From positions 20,708,001-20,772,000 of the forward strand of contig OZ231126.1 of NCBI GenBank assembly GCA_965153355.1: DNA of 64,000 nt. Direction: 5' to 3'. A program made the position numbers and the translations under genes. This document shows, in pieces, positions 50,928 to 64,000 of this stretch. The stretch comes from Flaccisagitta enflata (Eukaryota). Within the stretch, counting starts at the first letter, position 1. The number at the start of each line of letters is the position of its first letter. The notes below the pieces were generated by a model that did not search any database, was not told the origin of the DNA, and saw only the letters and a program-made list of their open reading frames with translations.

Positions 50928-51374
50928 GTAACAACAACAGTAACAACAACAGTAACAACAGCAATGACAACAGCAATGGATCAAATATTGGCTCTACAAC
51001 AAATTCAGTGCTTTACAATTCCCAGATAAATTCGTCTAGGACAAGTCTAGGACAAGTCTAGGACAAATCTAGGACAAATCTAGGACAAGTCTAGGACAAA
51101 TCAAGGACATATTTAGCAAAATATTATCTTCACCTCAATCAATATTGAATATTACAACGATAAGTCAGCCCTGACATCGCAAGATTGTAAGATCCTCAAG
51201 AGGGGAAAATTAAGATTTTTCATTCTTGAATACAAATGGCACTTACCGGCTTCCTACAATACGGATTTTTTTGCACATATTTTTCCGACCTGCCCCATAG
51301 TATTTGGGAACACCATACTAAGTCTCATGAACTGCTGTTTTCATGAGGCTTTAACCGATCCCTTGAAAACCGTG
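46264..51374. mobile_element. 5.1-kb non-autonomous TIR element, CAC...GTG ends, 4-bp TSD (Chapaev-like)
   Basis: About 140-bp TIRs CACGGTTTTCAAGGGATCGGTT / AACCGATCCCTTGAAAACCGTG. GACT flanks both sides. Subterminal TTGTCCT / AGGACAA repeats are in inverted orientation. Confidence 0.8.
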
Positions 51375-53460
51375 GACTGAGAATAAAAAATGTCTTTTTC
51401 ATTGAATATGAATAACAAGCAACTTTGATAAAGAATTTTCAATGGTACAAAAATAAGAACAGGTTAAGAACATTCAAGCCTGAAAATTAGCTTATAATAA
51501 GAACGCTGAGCCTCACTTAAAAAAACTGTGCTCAACAAAAAATACGGCGTGTAAGGAAGAGATCAGCAACAGACACACACTTGGCATTGAAAAAATCACT
51601 TTTTTAGAATCAGAGATTTTTGGTTGACTATGGTTGACTATGTGAACCTTCATGGGGGGGGGGGGGAAGGGGGAAGGAGGGAGCCAATTTTTTTTTGCGT
51701 AAAAAAGTTGGTCTCAATCGTTTCAGAATTGTTTGATACGTTCAAAAAAATTGTGTTAAAAAGATTGAAGTTGTCTTCAACTCATCACTTTTTTCCAAGT
51801 GGGGTGGCGATGAGCAGGTGTCCATCTCCCCCTGGGCTGGTCCTGCCTAATTGAAAGCTTCACAGTTCACTCACTCAGTACAATATATTGATCGTTCTTC
51901 CTTGGCCTGGGCCTAGTGAATGAAAAATGAACATGCATAGATAACACCTGTAGGAATGACAAGCCTGGTTGCAATAGCTCAGCGGCCCTTTATTCTGCTC
52001 CCCCTCCCCCTTTTTAGTTCTTTCGTTTTCTTCCCTGCCTGGTTAATGAATGTGTTTTTACCCCATGTAAGAAAACAAGGCTAGGCCAGGCCAGATACAT
52101 AGTAGCAAGAAGGTGCGCCTGGTGTTATGAATTCTTGGACCTGTTCCGAGCTCGATCAGACTTATCCCGAGCTCGATCAGACCTATCCCAAGCTCTAAAT
52201 ACCTAACTGTAGATGGATATGTTAATTAATGAATGTGAATGAAATGACCAATAACATAAATTCTTAAACCCATCCTGTGCTCTATCTAACCTATCCCAAA
52301 CTCTAACAGACCTATCCCAACCCCAGTTATTTAAAATGTTTATCAATCGAGCGCGATGGACGGACGAATGGACAAACCAACCAACCGAGCCTCACAGCGG
52401 TACTGCGACGCTGGACGCACCTAAAAAATCCCACCTTAACGAATTTCAAGGAACTAACAAATTTTATCTTTTTAACCAGAATTCTTTTACAGCCAAAGTA
52501 GAAAATAACAAGTGACGCGGGGTCACAATATCGTTGCGGACTGCTGGGCAGGGGCTACCAACCCCCAAGCCTCACCCCAACCCCCCTCCCACACTCACAC
52601 AGACAATACCGACTGCAGCATCATTAATACGCGTTTTTCGCGTTTTCAAATCAAGCGTGACAACTCGAGCATAACAAATTGACCAACAAACGGACCGACG
52701 GATGGACAAAGCCTCTTAAAGAGTTGCGTGTCCGCAACTAAAAAGAAACAAGTGAATGGGACTAATTAGTTGCGTCTATCACAAGTGGAATTCAATTAGA
52801 AAGGGGTCCGTGAGAGCGGAATCCAACTGTATAATGCTCAACCTCTTTTTCATGCATTAATTTAATTAACCATTCCCATATCCTTTGAATACGAACCGTT
52901 TGTAGACGTGAATGATGAACAAGATCGGTGTCAATTGATGAAGCTTTAAACGCGGCTTTATGTGAGACGTTGATGAGAAACTTATTCCTTCGGGTTACTA
53001 TGCCAAAATGAACAACGACTTTTTTAGTCGCGCGCATGCGACTCTATTACCTACCTTGTCACTCAGTCGGTTGGTCCGTCTGTCGCACTTGGCTTAGGTT
53101 TTCGCCTAACTGCTCCTGCCCAAATGCTTGGATAATCACATTTTTCACCGCCCCTGCGCACCTGCATGCGACTTACGTAGCCGTGTATCCGGCCTTGCTT
53201 TACCATGCACAGGATCTTATCTACAATTCTACATTGACCTTAATACGCGTGCACATTTTACTTAAATAAGCTTTGTCCCGGTTAGTCCATAAATCAGTCG
53301 GTCCGTGTAAAGAATGGTTACTAAAGTGAGTTATTTCAAGAGCTTTTGGATCATAACAATTGGGAGTGGGACCGTAGCAATCAGCATTGAGACTGTGACA
53401 GCTAGCATTTGGACAATACCAATTTGTGCTGGAGACATACATATTTGCACTGCGGATGTA

Positions 53461-53984
53461 ACAATCGGGTGTGTCAATATGCAAAAGGTTTTATGATGAG
53501 ACCGTCAACATCAGACAGTGCAAGGTAGTGAATTTTAAAACCTTTACCGTTTTTATTTTGTCAAATTTCATTCATCTTCCATTTTTTTCAGAATCACTTT
53601 TTATACGCTAATTTGTATGTTGCTGTGTTGATGATTTTGTTTCAGTATCATTGCTGGTGAATTTAATCAAATCTAAACCCATGAATATCCTGGAGGTAAT
53701 TCTAGTTGAAACAAGGTGAATGCTGTTTATTCATCACCAAAGTTGTAAAAAGAGACAATGACAAATTTTTTCTGTAGAAATTATGAGTTTCATTTTCACC
53801 AAAACAGGGTGCAGATGCTGGAAATATATATATTTTTGACAATTTTTACTTGCCCTAAAAAAACGGAAGATGAATGAAATTTGAAAAAATAAAAATGGTA
53901 AACACATTAAAATTCTTTTGTTTACATTCCTTAAAGTCGATGATCTGATCAAAAATACTTTTGCATATTGACACACCCGAATGT
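53461..53984. mobile_element. MITE
   Basis: Inverted ends TCGGGTGTGTCAATATGCAAAAG / CTTTTGCATATTGACACACCCGA, plus an internal inverted segment. Confidence 0.7.
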
Positions 53985-55016
53985 AACAATGTGCAGTTGT
54001 GCACTAGGGCTAAAAGTACCGTAAAAAGTATTGCCTTTTGTTCAGATTGGCTTAGGCTTATAAAGGGAACAGCGGTGTCAAATTCGAATTTATGTTCAAC
54101 TTCCAAATTAGCAAAGCACCATTTTTCTCAATTCTTGATTCAAGTTCGAATTCATGTTCAGCTTCATAAGTTTATTAGACCGATTTCTAACTTCAGCAGC
54201 ACCGAGGAATAGTGTGGTTGTCTCATGTCAACTGACAAAATGTGATTTTTTAGCAAAAAAATTCCAATTATCTTAAAATCGAGTTGTTCCATTCAAATAT
54301 CTGAAAAAAAAAGAGTTGTTTCATGCAAAGATTCAAAAATTGTCTCTGCTTTATAAGATTGGGGTAAGGAGAATGTAGCATATAGCAACTTGCATAATAT
54401 GCTTTATGATCTTAACTGACATATTGCTGTGGCAGAAATAACCAGTGGGGTTAGTGGAAATACAGTCTACACTGGAGGAATGTACTTAAGACAAATTCAA
54501 TGTTTGAAATATAAGTTGTTCAATTGATGCTTGTGTCCCTGATATTTTTGGTTGCCATGAAAACAAATTATTTTATGAACAGTTATAACTGCAAGAATAT
54601 CAATAATTCTCAGGATTATGTCAAAATTGGGGATTTTACTGTCCATCCTGCACTAGACCAATTTTTGACCAAAGGTATGCAAATCTGCAGTCAGAAATGG
54701 TCTCAGGTCAATATTTCGATAGGCTACGGCTACATTTCTCAGGTCAAAATACTATACAAGGTCAAATTTTCAAAATTGGAAATTTGTCAATCTGATTGCA
54801 GATTCAAAATCCTTGAAAAAAACTTTTAAAAGAAAGTATCTTTCTTTTTTTGAAATTTTGATTGGAACAGTCAGAATTAGCGTTAAACATCCAAAATAGA
54901 GAAAAATTGCTCTTTTGTCTAAATTTGGCCTAATTTTGACAGATAATGTAAATTTTGACTATGTTCTAATCAAAATTTTGAAAAAAGAAAGACTTTCTTC
55001 ACACAGTTTTTTGCTA

Positions 55017-55455
55017 CAGTACGATGGGAGCAATAAGTGCAGTAGAAAGAGGGCCCTCTATATTCTCACTGTTTAAAGGAAGAACCTAAAGCTTTGGTTT
55101 TTCTGAAAGCTGATGGTCCAAGGTATTGAGTGAACACAAAATTCCAAACCAAGTGATTCATAAGAAAACTGCCAATTGAAATCCTTACATTGCATGTGGC
55201 GTGATAGCTCTGTTGACAGAGTGATGAACTTGAGAATAATAATTTCTCTCTCTTCAGTGTCACAGGTTCGAATCCCGAGTGGTGCTGCACATTTTTTCTT
55301 TTCGGTCAATAGTTGGAGCTAGAGGAATAAAACTATATTCACTCAAAGCTCTTGCTCATCAGCTTTCAGAAAAACCATAATTGTAGCTACTTCATAAGAA
55401 TAGTTAAGCAGGAAATGACCCTCCATCTGAGGTTCTCATTGCTCCTATGGTACTG
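55017..55455. mobile_element. Tc1/mariner-type MITE carrying a tRNA-like core
   Basis: TA|CAGTACGATGGGAGCAAT ... ATTGCTCCTATGGTACTG|TA. Inner inverted pair TGGTTTTTCTGAAAGCTGATG / CATCAGCTTTCAGAAAAACCA. Confidence 0.8.
55196..55288 (+). pseudogene. tRNA-like sequence (pseudo-tRNA or SINE head)
   Basis: A-box-like TAGCTCTGTTGA (55205) and B-box GGTTCGAATCC (55265-55275). No clean cloverleaf or anticodon. Confidence 0.55.
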
Positions 55456-56471
55456 TAGGATTTTGAATCTGCAATCAGATTGATAAATTTCCAATTTTGA
55501 AAATTTGACCTTATGTAGTATTTTGACCTGAGAAATGTAGCCGTAGCCTATTGAAATATTGACCTGAGACCATTTTTGACTGCAGATGTGGATTCCTGGT
55601 ATTCAAAATTGGTCTAGAATGGGATGAACGGTAAAATCCCACAATTTTGACATAATCCTGGGGATTTTGAATATCAATATTTTCACAAATGAAATGAGGG
55701 AACATTGCTCATAATCAAATTTGCCACAGCTTGCCACAGTATGTTCTGTAAGAATATTGCACGTCTAGCCGTTGCTTGGGGCACCATTTTGCGGTTGCTA
55801 GGGGTGATGCCCCTTAGCAACGATAAACGAGCGACGCTGTGGGAAAGTTGTAGCAAATTTAATTCTAATTAAGGTTCCCTGATTATTTCTATCAAAATAC
55901 CACGTGGACCAAAAAAAAGATGCACCTACTTATTGATTAATAAAACAAATAGAAAAAAATGATTTTAAATATTTTCAAATAAGTCATTAAAGACTTTCAA
56001 AAAATCTTTCAATATAGACCAATCCCAAATCTGTATTTCAAACAGTTTAGAAATTAGAGTACAGCAAAAAAAAGCACTGATTAGCTTGAATACAATTTTA
56101 CATAGGAATTGCAAAATTAAATTTGGTAATGTCATTTCTAAGAAAAAAAAATAGAGATGCCAGATTGTCATCAAATAAAAGTACTTTCAAAAAGCTTTGA
56201 AATGATTTAAGATTTTAATTTTTTTCAAAGGTTTATATGCAAAATTAACTATCTAAAAGTGTGTCTATTTTTTTTTAGTTGTGTTGTATTGATATTCTAC
56301 TATCTTGGTCAAATTAAGAGTCCTTGTAGTATACTTTTTTTAACATATTTTTAAATATTGATTAACAAAACTTACTTTTAGCACTATTTTGCACCATTGT
56401 TTGCTTGTTTACTTTTTATGGTCTCACATGAGTATTATTGATTTACGCATAACATAATTCTTTACTTTTTG

Positions 56472-56988
56472 CCATATTTCCTCTAATTAGCGCCCGGGGC
56501 ACTTAAGAATTGAAAAAGGATTTTTGCCTGTTTTACTATCTTATTAGCGCCCTCTTTAGCATGTCAAACAAAAACTAGAATACAGTAATACAGAAGATTT
56601 TAGGTAGGAACAGATTCAATTCTGTGATTTCAATAGAAAAACTCATTTATGAAGTTAGAAAAATAAAAAGATACATTGAAAAACTGTACATAGTTGAACG
56701 CTTTTTACAAAATTCTGCGTATAACAAATATTTATATTTGGTCCCTTCAATTGATTTTCTTTTAAATCTTTTATTGGCGATAACAGAATTCCATCTATAA
56801 CAAATAAAATTTTTCGGTCCCTTGAAGACAGCTAGAGTGGGGTTTAAGTTAAACCGTTAAGTTAAATTAACTGTATTTGTAATGTGTATCTGTAATCTTT
56901 AATAAAAATGATAAAAAAAGTTGAATACATAATATTTTCAAAAGGGGGGCGCTAATTAGAGGAGGGGCGCTTATTAGAGGAAATATGG
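56472..56988. mobile_element. MITE (pogo/Tc1-like ends)
   Basis: CCATATTTCCTCTAATTAGCGCCC / GGGCGCTTATTAGAGGAAATATGG. Confidence 0.7.
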
Positions 56989-57709
56989 TATCTGCTTTTG
57001 CCCCTTTGATTTTATGGACAGGCTTGTACTAATTTTGTTATAAAATCTAAACAGTTTGAGCAAATGAGCTCAGCTTGGTGGTAAAGGAAAGCTCTTTTGA
57101 AACTCTTTACAACAATCACCGATTTTTCATTGCAGAGGTTTCTAATGGTCACCATTTCTTATATGTTTTGAATGATCTGCTCACAATCTAGGCAAACATG
57201 GCGGACTCTTAATTTGAAAAATCAATTTTGGTTTCCATATTACCCAAAAAACTCAGGGAGAAAAGCATCAATTGAATAATTTGTAGTTCAAATATCAAGT
57301 TTGTCAAATGAAATGAAACAAGGCCGGACACACAGCCAATATCAGTTGCGGACGGGTGAGCAGGGGCGAATAAGCGCACTTTCAAACTCGATCATTACCA
57401 ACAGACAGACGGACAGACGAAGCCTGTTTTAGAATCGCTGGTCTGCGATTAAAAACTTAATTGCCTTCCTTCAGTTTAGCAGTATTTCTACAAACCCCAT
57501 GGGAGAGTGCGTTAATTCAAACAAGTTTCTGCATCATCAGAAACGTAGATTGGATCCAATTGCGGGGAAGGAACGGACCCAATTACGGGAAAGGAACTTT
57601 TCTTTGCCGCGAAAAAGCAATCAATACACATTGAAACCAGGCAGGGCCAGTCATGCCTAAATTGTCAATGGTGAAAATGTCGAATTGACAGATAAATCAA
57701 ATGACGAAC

Positions 57710-59130
57710 CAAAGAGTCGATGGCTGCCCAAAAAGTTGATGGCCGCCTGATGAGTCAATGGCAGCCTGATGAGTCGATGGCAGCCTGATGAGCCAATGGC
57801 CGCTCGAGGAGTCATCGACCGCTCGAGGAGTTGATGGCCGCCCGAGGAGTCGATGGCCGCCCAAGGAGTTGATGGCCGCCCGAGGAGTCGATGGCCGCCC
57901 GAGGAGTCGATGGCCGCCCGAGGATTCGATGGCCGCCCGAGGAGTCGATGGCCGCCCGAGGAGTCGATGGCCGCCCGAGGAGTCGATGGCCGCCCGAGGA
58001 GTCGATGGCCGCCAGAGGAGTCGATCACCACCGAAAGAGTCGTCACCACCCGAAGAGTCGATCACCGCCCGAAGAGTCGATCACCGCCCGAAGAGTCGAT
58101 CACCGCCCGAAGAGTCGATCACCGCCCGAAGAGTCGATCACCGCCCGAAGAGTCGATCACCGCCCGAAGAGTCGATCACCGCCCGAAGAGTCGATCACCG
58201 CCCGAAGAGTCGATCACCGCCCGAAGAGTCGATCACCGCCCGAAGAGTCGATCACCGCCCGAAGAGTCGGGGGGGCGAGAGAGTCGACCGCCCGAAGAGT
58301 CGATCACCGCCCGAAGAGTCGATCACCGCCCGAAGAGTCGATCACCGCCCAAAGAGTCGATCACCGCCCGAAGAGTCGATGGCCGCCCGAAGAGTCGATC
58401 ACCGCCCGAAGAGTCGATCACCGCCCAAAGAGTCGATCACCGCCCGAAGAGTCGATCACCGCCCGAAGAGTCGATCACCGCCCGAAGAGTCGATCACCGC
58501 CCGAAGAGTCGATCACCGCCCGAAGAGTCGATCACCGCCCGAAGAGTCGATCACCGCCCGAAGAGTCGATCACCGCCCGAAGAGTCGATCACCGCCCGAA
58601 GAGTCGATCACCGCCCGAAGAGTCGATCACCGCCCGAAGGGTCGATCACCGCCCGAAGAGTCGATCACCGCCCGAAGAGTCGATCACCGCCCGAAGAGTC
58701 GATCACCGCCCGAAGAGTCGATCACCGCCCGAAGAGTCGATAATCGCTCGAAGAGTCGATAATCGCTCGAAGAGTCGATCACCGCTTGAAGAGTCAATCA
58801 CCGCTTGAAGAGTCAATCACTGCCTGATGAGTTGATGGTCGCCCAAAGAGTCGATGGCCGCCTGTAGAGTCAATGGCCGCCTGTAGTCAATGGCCGCCTG
58901 TAGAGTCAATGGCCGCCTGTAGAGTCAATGGCCGCCTGTAGAGTCAATGGCCCCCTGTAGAGTTAATGGCCGCCTGTAGAGTCAATGGCCGCCTGTAGAG
59001 TCAATGGCCGCCTGTAGAGTCAATGGCCGCCTGAAGAGTCAATGGCCGCCCGAGGAGTCAATCACCGCCCAAGGAGTCAATCACCGCCCGAGGAGTCAAA
59101 CACCGCCTGAGGAGTCGATCACCACCTGAA
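57710..59130. repeat. 19-bp GC-rich minisatellite (GAAGAGTCGATCACCGCCC)n
   Basis: Period of 19, with a homogeneous centre and variant flanks. Confidence 0.95.
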
Positions 59131-59697
59131 GAAATAGATGAAAACAATCAACCATATGTAGAACTGAAACAAAGTTATATTATAATGTTGTCGTAAAATG
59201 CATGACTCCCCATACATACATATAGTGGGTCTTTACAAGTATCATGTCGGTCTTTACATTTATCAACTGATGAATAGATAGACTAATAAAGCAAAACTAT
59301 CAGATGGACGAGCACGGACTGACCAACAGACAGACTGTCCTGAGTCTGAAACAAAGAAAACATTGGACTACAGCCAAAACAAAGTATCGGCATGCTATAG
59401 CATGATAAAATCAAAAGCTATCATGCTTCAAATCCTCACCTTCAACATGACGCGCTCAATGTTTTCCTCATAATCTTGCTTACATCGCATATTTCACGTT
59501 ACAATAATTCCAATAGTGGCAGCGCAGAATGTTCGCGTCAAGACGCTTGACACAAGGGAGAAAATTGAGGACGCAAGCGAAATGACGTTAATACTTCAAA
59601 ATTATCGTGCTGGCAGCGTTGGTCAGAAGAGAGGCGATCACATAAAAACACTGGAAATAATGCATGAAAACAATTTTGGCAAGCTTAAATAACATTT

Positions 59698-59848
59698 AAC
59701 AAGGCCGGATACACGGCCAATACCAGTCGCGGACGGGTGGGCAGGGGCGGAAATGCGTGTTTTCCCACTATTCGACTCGAGCGTGACGGACCAACGGACC
59801 GACGGACGGACAAAGCCTCTTATAGAGTCGCTAGTCCGCGACTAAAAA
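59698..59848 (+). mobile_element. Representative of an abundant 150-200 bp Helentron/DINE-1-like short element
   Basis: AACAAGGCCGGATACACGG head, AGTCGCGGAC / GTCCGCGACT inverted pair, (GACC/GACG)n tract and terminal hairpin before an A-run. Related copies at about 11270, 12260, 13515, 42780, 43580, 44870, 49093, 49810, 50575, 53020 and 57318. Confidence 0.7.
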
Positions 59849-61247
59849 GAGATGAGAAATTAGTTGGGTTTTACAACAGTAACACGGCTTTACAAGCTAA
59901 ACAGGGCCACCACCTACATGTCGCGTGCGGGGTATAAACAACTTTAGATGACATAGAATGACTGATAATGCCATGGGGGAAGGAAGGACCGACCAACGGA
60001 CCGACAAAGCGGGGTTGTGTAGCACGCGACTAAATATCGCGCTGGGAGCACTTTATCATTGTTAACACAATCATTGACACTGACGAGCTGGTGGATGGAA
60101 GGACTGACAAACTGCCAGATAGACACTGCTGCTCTCAGATCGTGATTAAAATCCTATACTTAAAAAAGCCAAACAGTTCAAAACATTATCATTCACTAAT
60201 TTTCTGTACCAATATCAAACGTTTTAGAGAAGAATTACGTTCCCACAATCCGATGAACGTGTAGTTACAATATCATCACGGGGAGGGGGAGGTAAATACA
60301 TGTTAGTACATTTTTGATTAAATCATTGAGATTATTTTATCATAATTATTCTAGCTATGGATAGACAAACCGAGGTTCAGATTTACGGACAGACAAAGCC
60401 AGTAGTTATATTGGAAGTCTTTTTTTTATAAGAACCTAGTTTAAAAGAACATTAAGGCTTCAAATAGCCTCAAAATTAAGAACATATTAAGATCATATAA
60501 AGGCTTCATTTTCATATAAAATTTTTTTTTAATCATAATACTTAAGAAATATCAATAAAACAAAATTTTACTACTTTAAAAATAAATACCTTGAAAATAT
60601 CTTTTAAATTTGTTGTTTAGTATCTATTTTAATGATTATTGTTAAACTTGTATTAAATATCTTTAGATAACAGAAAATCATAAGGTTTCTTTTAATTTAT
60701 ACAGAATTTAAAATTAAGAACTTTTTAAGAATGTTAAAGGCTGAAATTGTCCTTTAAGATAAAAACATGAAGCCTTTGAAAAAAAATGACGTTCTTATAA
60801 AAAAAAAAGAGTGTAACGGACTGAACAGCATACAGCCACTTTCCACCCGCAATAATTCTCTTGCCCCTTGTGCCAACTCTCAAGCACTAGCCCATGTGCA
60901 TCTTTATAACTAGTGTTGTAATTGCAAAACCTAATAAGTATTCAGTAATCGGTTAGAATGCACATTTTCTCTCCTAACCAACACCCCGGCAACAACGACT
61001 CGCCCCGTAACACTAGCCTGCGCGCGAGCACAATTACGTAACAGCGTCAGACACCACGCACCCCGGCCCATCTCGAACTGCAACCTATTCGGCGATAAGT
61101 TAAAAGTATGGCGCGACCCGGGAGAGAAACGAAAATCAAAGATCGTGATCATGAGTACGAGGATGACGAAAGGGTGAAGGAAAGAGCTAGCCTGGAGTGA
61201 CGCGACGTCATCAAATAAAAAATACAGGCAGGCGCTAAATTCCGCCG

Positions 61248-61292
<45 letters not shown>

Positions 61293-62140
61293 AAATGTAT
61301 CAGAAGAGCGCATTACTAACCGCGACGTAACTACGTTATCATACTTGATAGCATCAATTAATCAAACTACATAAGATTAATTGTTTAAATGATGCATGTC
61401 ACGGAGCGAAGTCGTCACGGAGTCACGGAGAAAGGAGGGATCTAGGGAACTCAATCACACTCGCCGTCCTTCTTCTGGCGAGGGCCGGCAGTTGGGTGGC
61501 AAATTCGGAAATTCCCATTGTGAGAATTGGGGCCCGGATCGAGCGTTGTCTGTAACCATATCATGCCGTATTATCCCCATTATAAAAGACTTGTGTTTTT
61601 TCGAGCTTCTGCTTTGCGCAATGATCGAATATCTCATCAATAAATTAAATACTACCTATTATAATTATTTCGCGCTATAAATTTTCCGTTGGAATCCAAA
61701 GCAGAATTACAAGATCTATGCATTGGTGCCACTCCCAGGGTAATAGAAGGTGGCGTTTGGCCGTACAGGCAAGATCTTACACGCAGTTGAGTTTGATTTC
61801 AGAGCAAAATCATAACTGTTCCAACCCTCATGCCCATCTTGTTCAAGCCCTAGAGATTGGGAGGGCGATCTCTTTGATTCTTTTGAAAGAACCCACACTT
61901 ACATTTTAGAGGTTGGTGGCAATGCTAACGTACAATTTGTTTCCTCATTTTGATATTATTGAGTGGGTGAGTGAAATTGAGTTTTTCGAATAAGCGAGGT
62001 TAGACATTAATTCAATCGCAAAAGCATTAGCTTGTAGATTTTTGGCATAGTAGAAAAATGATGTCGGCTTCTAGAATTGTAGATTTTTGTCATAGTAGAA
62101 AAATGATGTCGGCTATAGAAAGTGAAGCTATAGAAATAGA

Positions 62141-62280
<140 letters not shown>

Positions 62281-63467
62281 TCGAAGCGCTACCGCACAAG
62301 CGCCATGCACGAGCGCCGCGCGATTGCACCAGCGCCACCCCACAAGCGCCACGTGGCAGCAGAGGCGCCGCCCCACAAGCACATCGAGACTGCAGTAGTG
62401 CCGCCCCGCAAGCGACACGCGGCAGCTATAGTGCTGCATCGCTCGCGCCCCGCGACTGCTATAGTGCCGTCACACACGCGCCATACGCCATCAGTAGCGC
62501 CGCCGCACACGCGCCACAACGCTTCACTTCCACTTTCGATTTTATCGAATTTTTTTTCATGAATTTTTGAAAAATGCAAACGCAAGCATTTTTTTTTTTC
62601 ACAGCGAAAAGGGAAACTCGAAATGGCAAAGGAAAACGAAAATGGCGAATTTACTCCTTGGGGATCAATTTGCCGATAAAAACTCACAAAATGTCAAAAA
62701 CACAACTGAGGCTCTTACTCCTTTAACACACTTTCTAAAATATCATTTCGAAAATCATTCAAGTTAGTGGCAAGTTAGCGGCATGGTTAGCAGATCTCTC
62801 GTTTTAGAATTAGGGTTTGTTGAACAGATACTAGGTTAGAAAGCGTAGTAAGAGTTACTTCCTAAAGCTGCTGAACATAGAGTTTTTCCCACCTATGTAA
62901 GATGAAGTCGCGGGAAAAAACCAGGGGGACAACCAATAGTGAGCTCATGTCGTTAAAAGGTTTTGTTCAATTTCACTATCAACGAAAGCAAAAAACTATC
63001 GTCGAAGAATTGTACGATTATATTATCCTTACTGAATGGTGTGATGAAGTCACCAAAGCTGCCGATTTCAGGCCACCCTGATCGCAATCCGCCAAGAAAG
63101 TTCCACAGATATGCCAGTGATTCATTTCAACTTGAGTTTTCACGTTGAATAGTAAGTTAATAATCATCTAACTTATTCTAATCTAGGCCAACATTCAATT
63201 CATATCTAGTAACTCAGCGTTTTAAGAAAAAGCTCATCTTCAAACCTGGACATGCTTGAGAAAAAATTGAATGTAAAGCGAGAAACAAAAAAACACAAAT
63301 GTAATTCCTTCTTCTGTGGCGACATCCAAAATTGCCATGCACAGCTTTATGCAAATGAGCTTTTAGTGAGTTCACACGTAAATAGGGTAAGTGCATGTAT
63401 GCATGCGTGTGTGTGTAAGCGTGTGTGTGTTTGTTTGTTTGTTTGTTTGTTTGTTTGTTTGTTTGTT

Positions 63468-63553
<86 letters not shown>

Positions 63554-64000
63554 CGCGTGTGTGTTCGTGTGTTCGTGTATGACTTTTTGGATTTCTATAT
63601 CTATGTACATAAAGTTACCATAATGTCCTCGCAACTACATCCCTCAGGTTATCCTAATGTTTTATCTTCTGTAGGTTCATTTCGATATTTTCAATAAGCA
63701 ATGAGGATGCAAGTCTCATGCATCCACGAAAATGAGAAAATTCAGCACTCCTTCACACAACTCTGGGAAACAATTCATGCACAAAAGAAGAAGACCTGAA
63801 TCTTTGATTGGCGGCGGTTAATAAGTCCATCAAACCCTCGCCAACGATTCTCGGCCGAAAGCGTAGCAAAAATCGGCGGCTCAAATCAATTATATATATT
63901 CCCCCTTTTTTACGAGATTCGCCAAAAGTCGAAAATTTGACAAGAGCAAATCGAAAATTCGGGCAATTTTCAAAGACGCAAAGCTGATGATGACGACAAC

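Larger units (their letters stand above)
54596..55680. mobile_element. Long-armed foldback element (same family as the 37940-39995 outer arms)
   Basis: 54600-54815 is the reverse complement of about 55458-55670. The right arm is interrupted by a MITE. Confidence 0.8.

Noticed and set aside
50088-51029. ER/SL/CV/HT/poly-L/poly-T ORFs here and at 7203, 7741, 35131, 42428, 62058 and 63252
   Set aside because: They are translations of microsatellites.
55196-55288. Functional tRNA gene
   Set aside because: The acceptor and anticodon stems do not pair convincingly. It is kept only as tRNA-like.
57657-58808. 300-aa ORFs in all three plus frames and shorter ones on the minus strand
   Set aside because: They are artefacts of a stop-free 19-bp repeat. 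The same peptide rotates through the frames.
57710-59130. CRISPR-like array
   Set aside because: The units are contiguous with no unique spacers, there are no cas genes, and the context is eukaryotic.
60950-61650. CpG-rich promoter-like region with a TGACGCGACGTCA motif
   Set aside because: It is suggestive of a regulatory region, but no linked gene can be shown from the sequence.

Overview
Repeat-rich eukaryotic DNA, probably from an invertebrate animal. It is dense in microsatellites, minisatellites, MITE/foldback elements and Helentron/DINE-1-like short elements. The centrepiece is a young, intact 14.7-kb Ty3/gypsy LTR retrotransposon on the minus strand (13829-28507). It has 405-bp LTRs with one visible mismatch, a GTGG target-site duplication, a tRNA-Gly PBS, a PPT, and a -1 frameshift site with a pseudoknot. 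Besides gag and pol it carries three extra same-strand ORFs. The first is an upstream ORF containing a paralogous Gag-capsid segment. The second is a stand-alone RNase H-like mini-protein lacking catalytic residues. The third, in the env position, is a 1315-aa protein with an intact-looking DEDDy 3'-5' exonuclease domain plus a second degenerate exonuclease-like domain. The element interrupts the RT of a decayed BEL/Pao element. At the left end is a spliced, intron-containing DDE/CxxH transposase-like gene. An SGNH-hydrolase fragment lies at about 31.6 kb. All calls were made by eye from motifs; no database searches were run.
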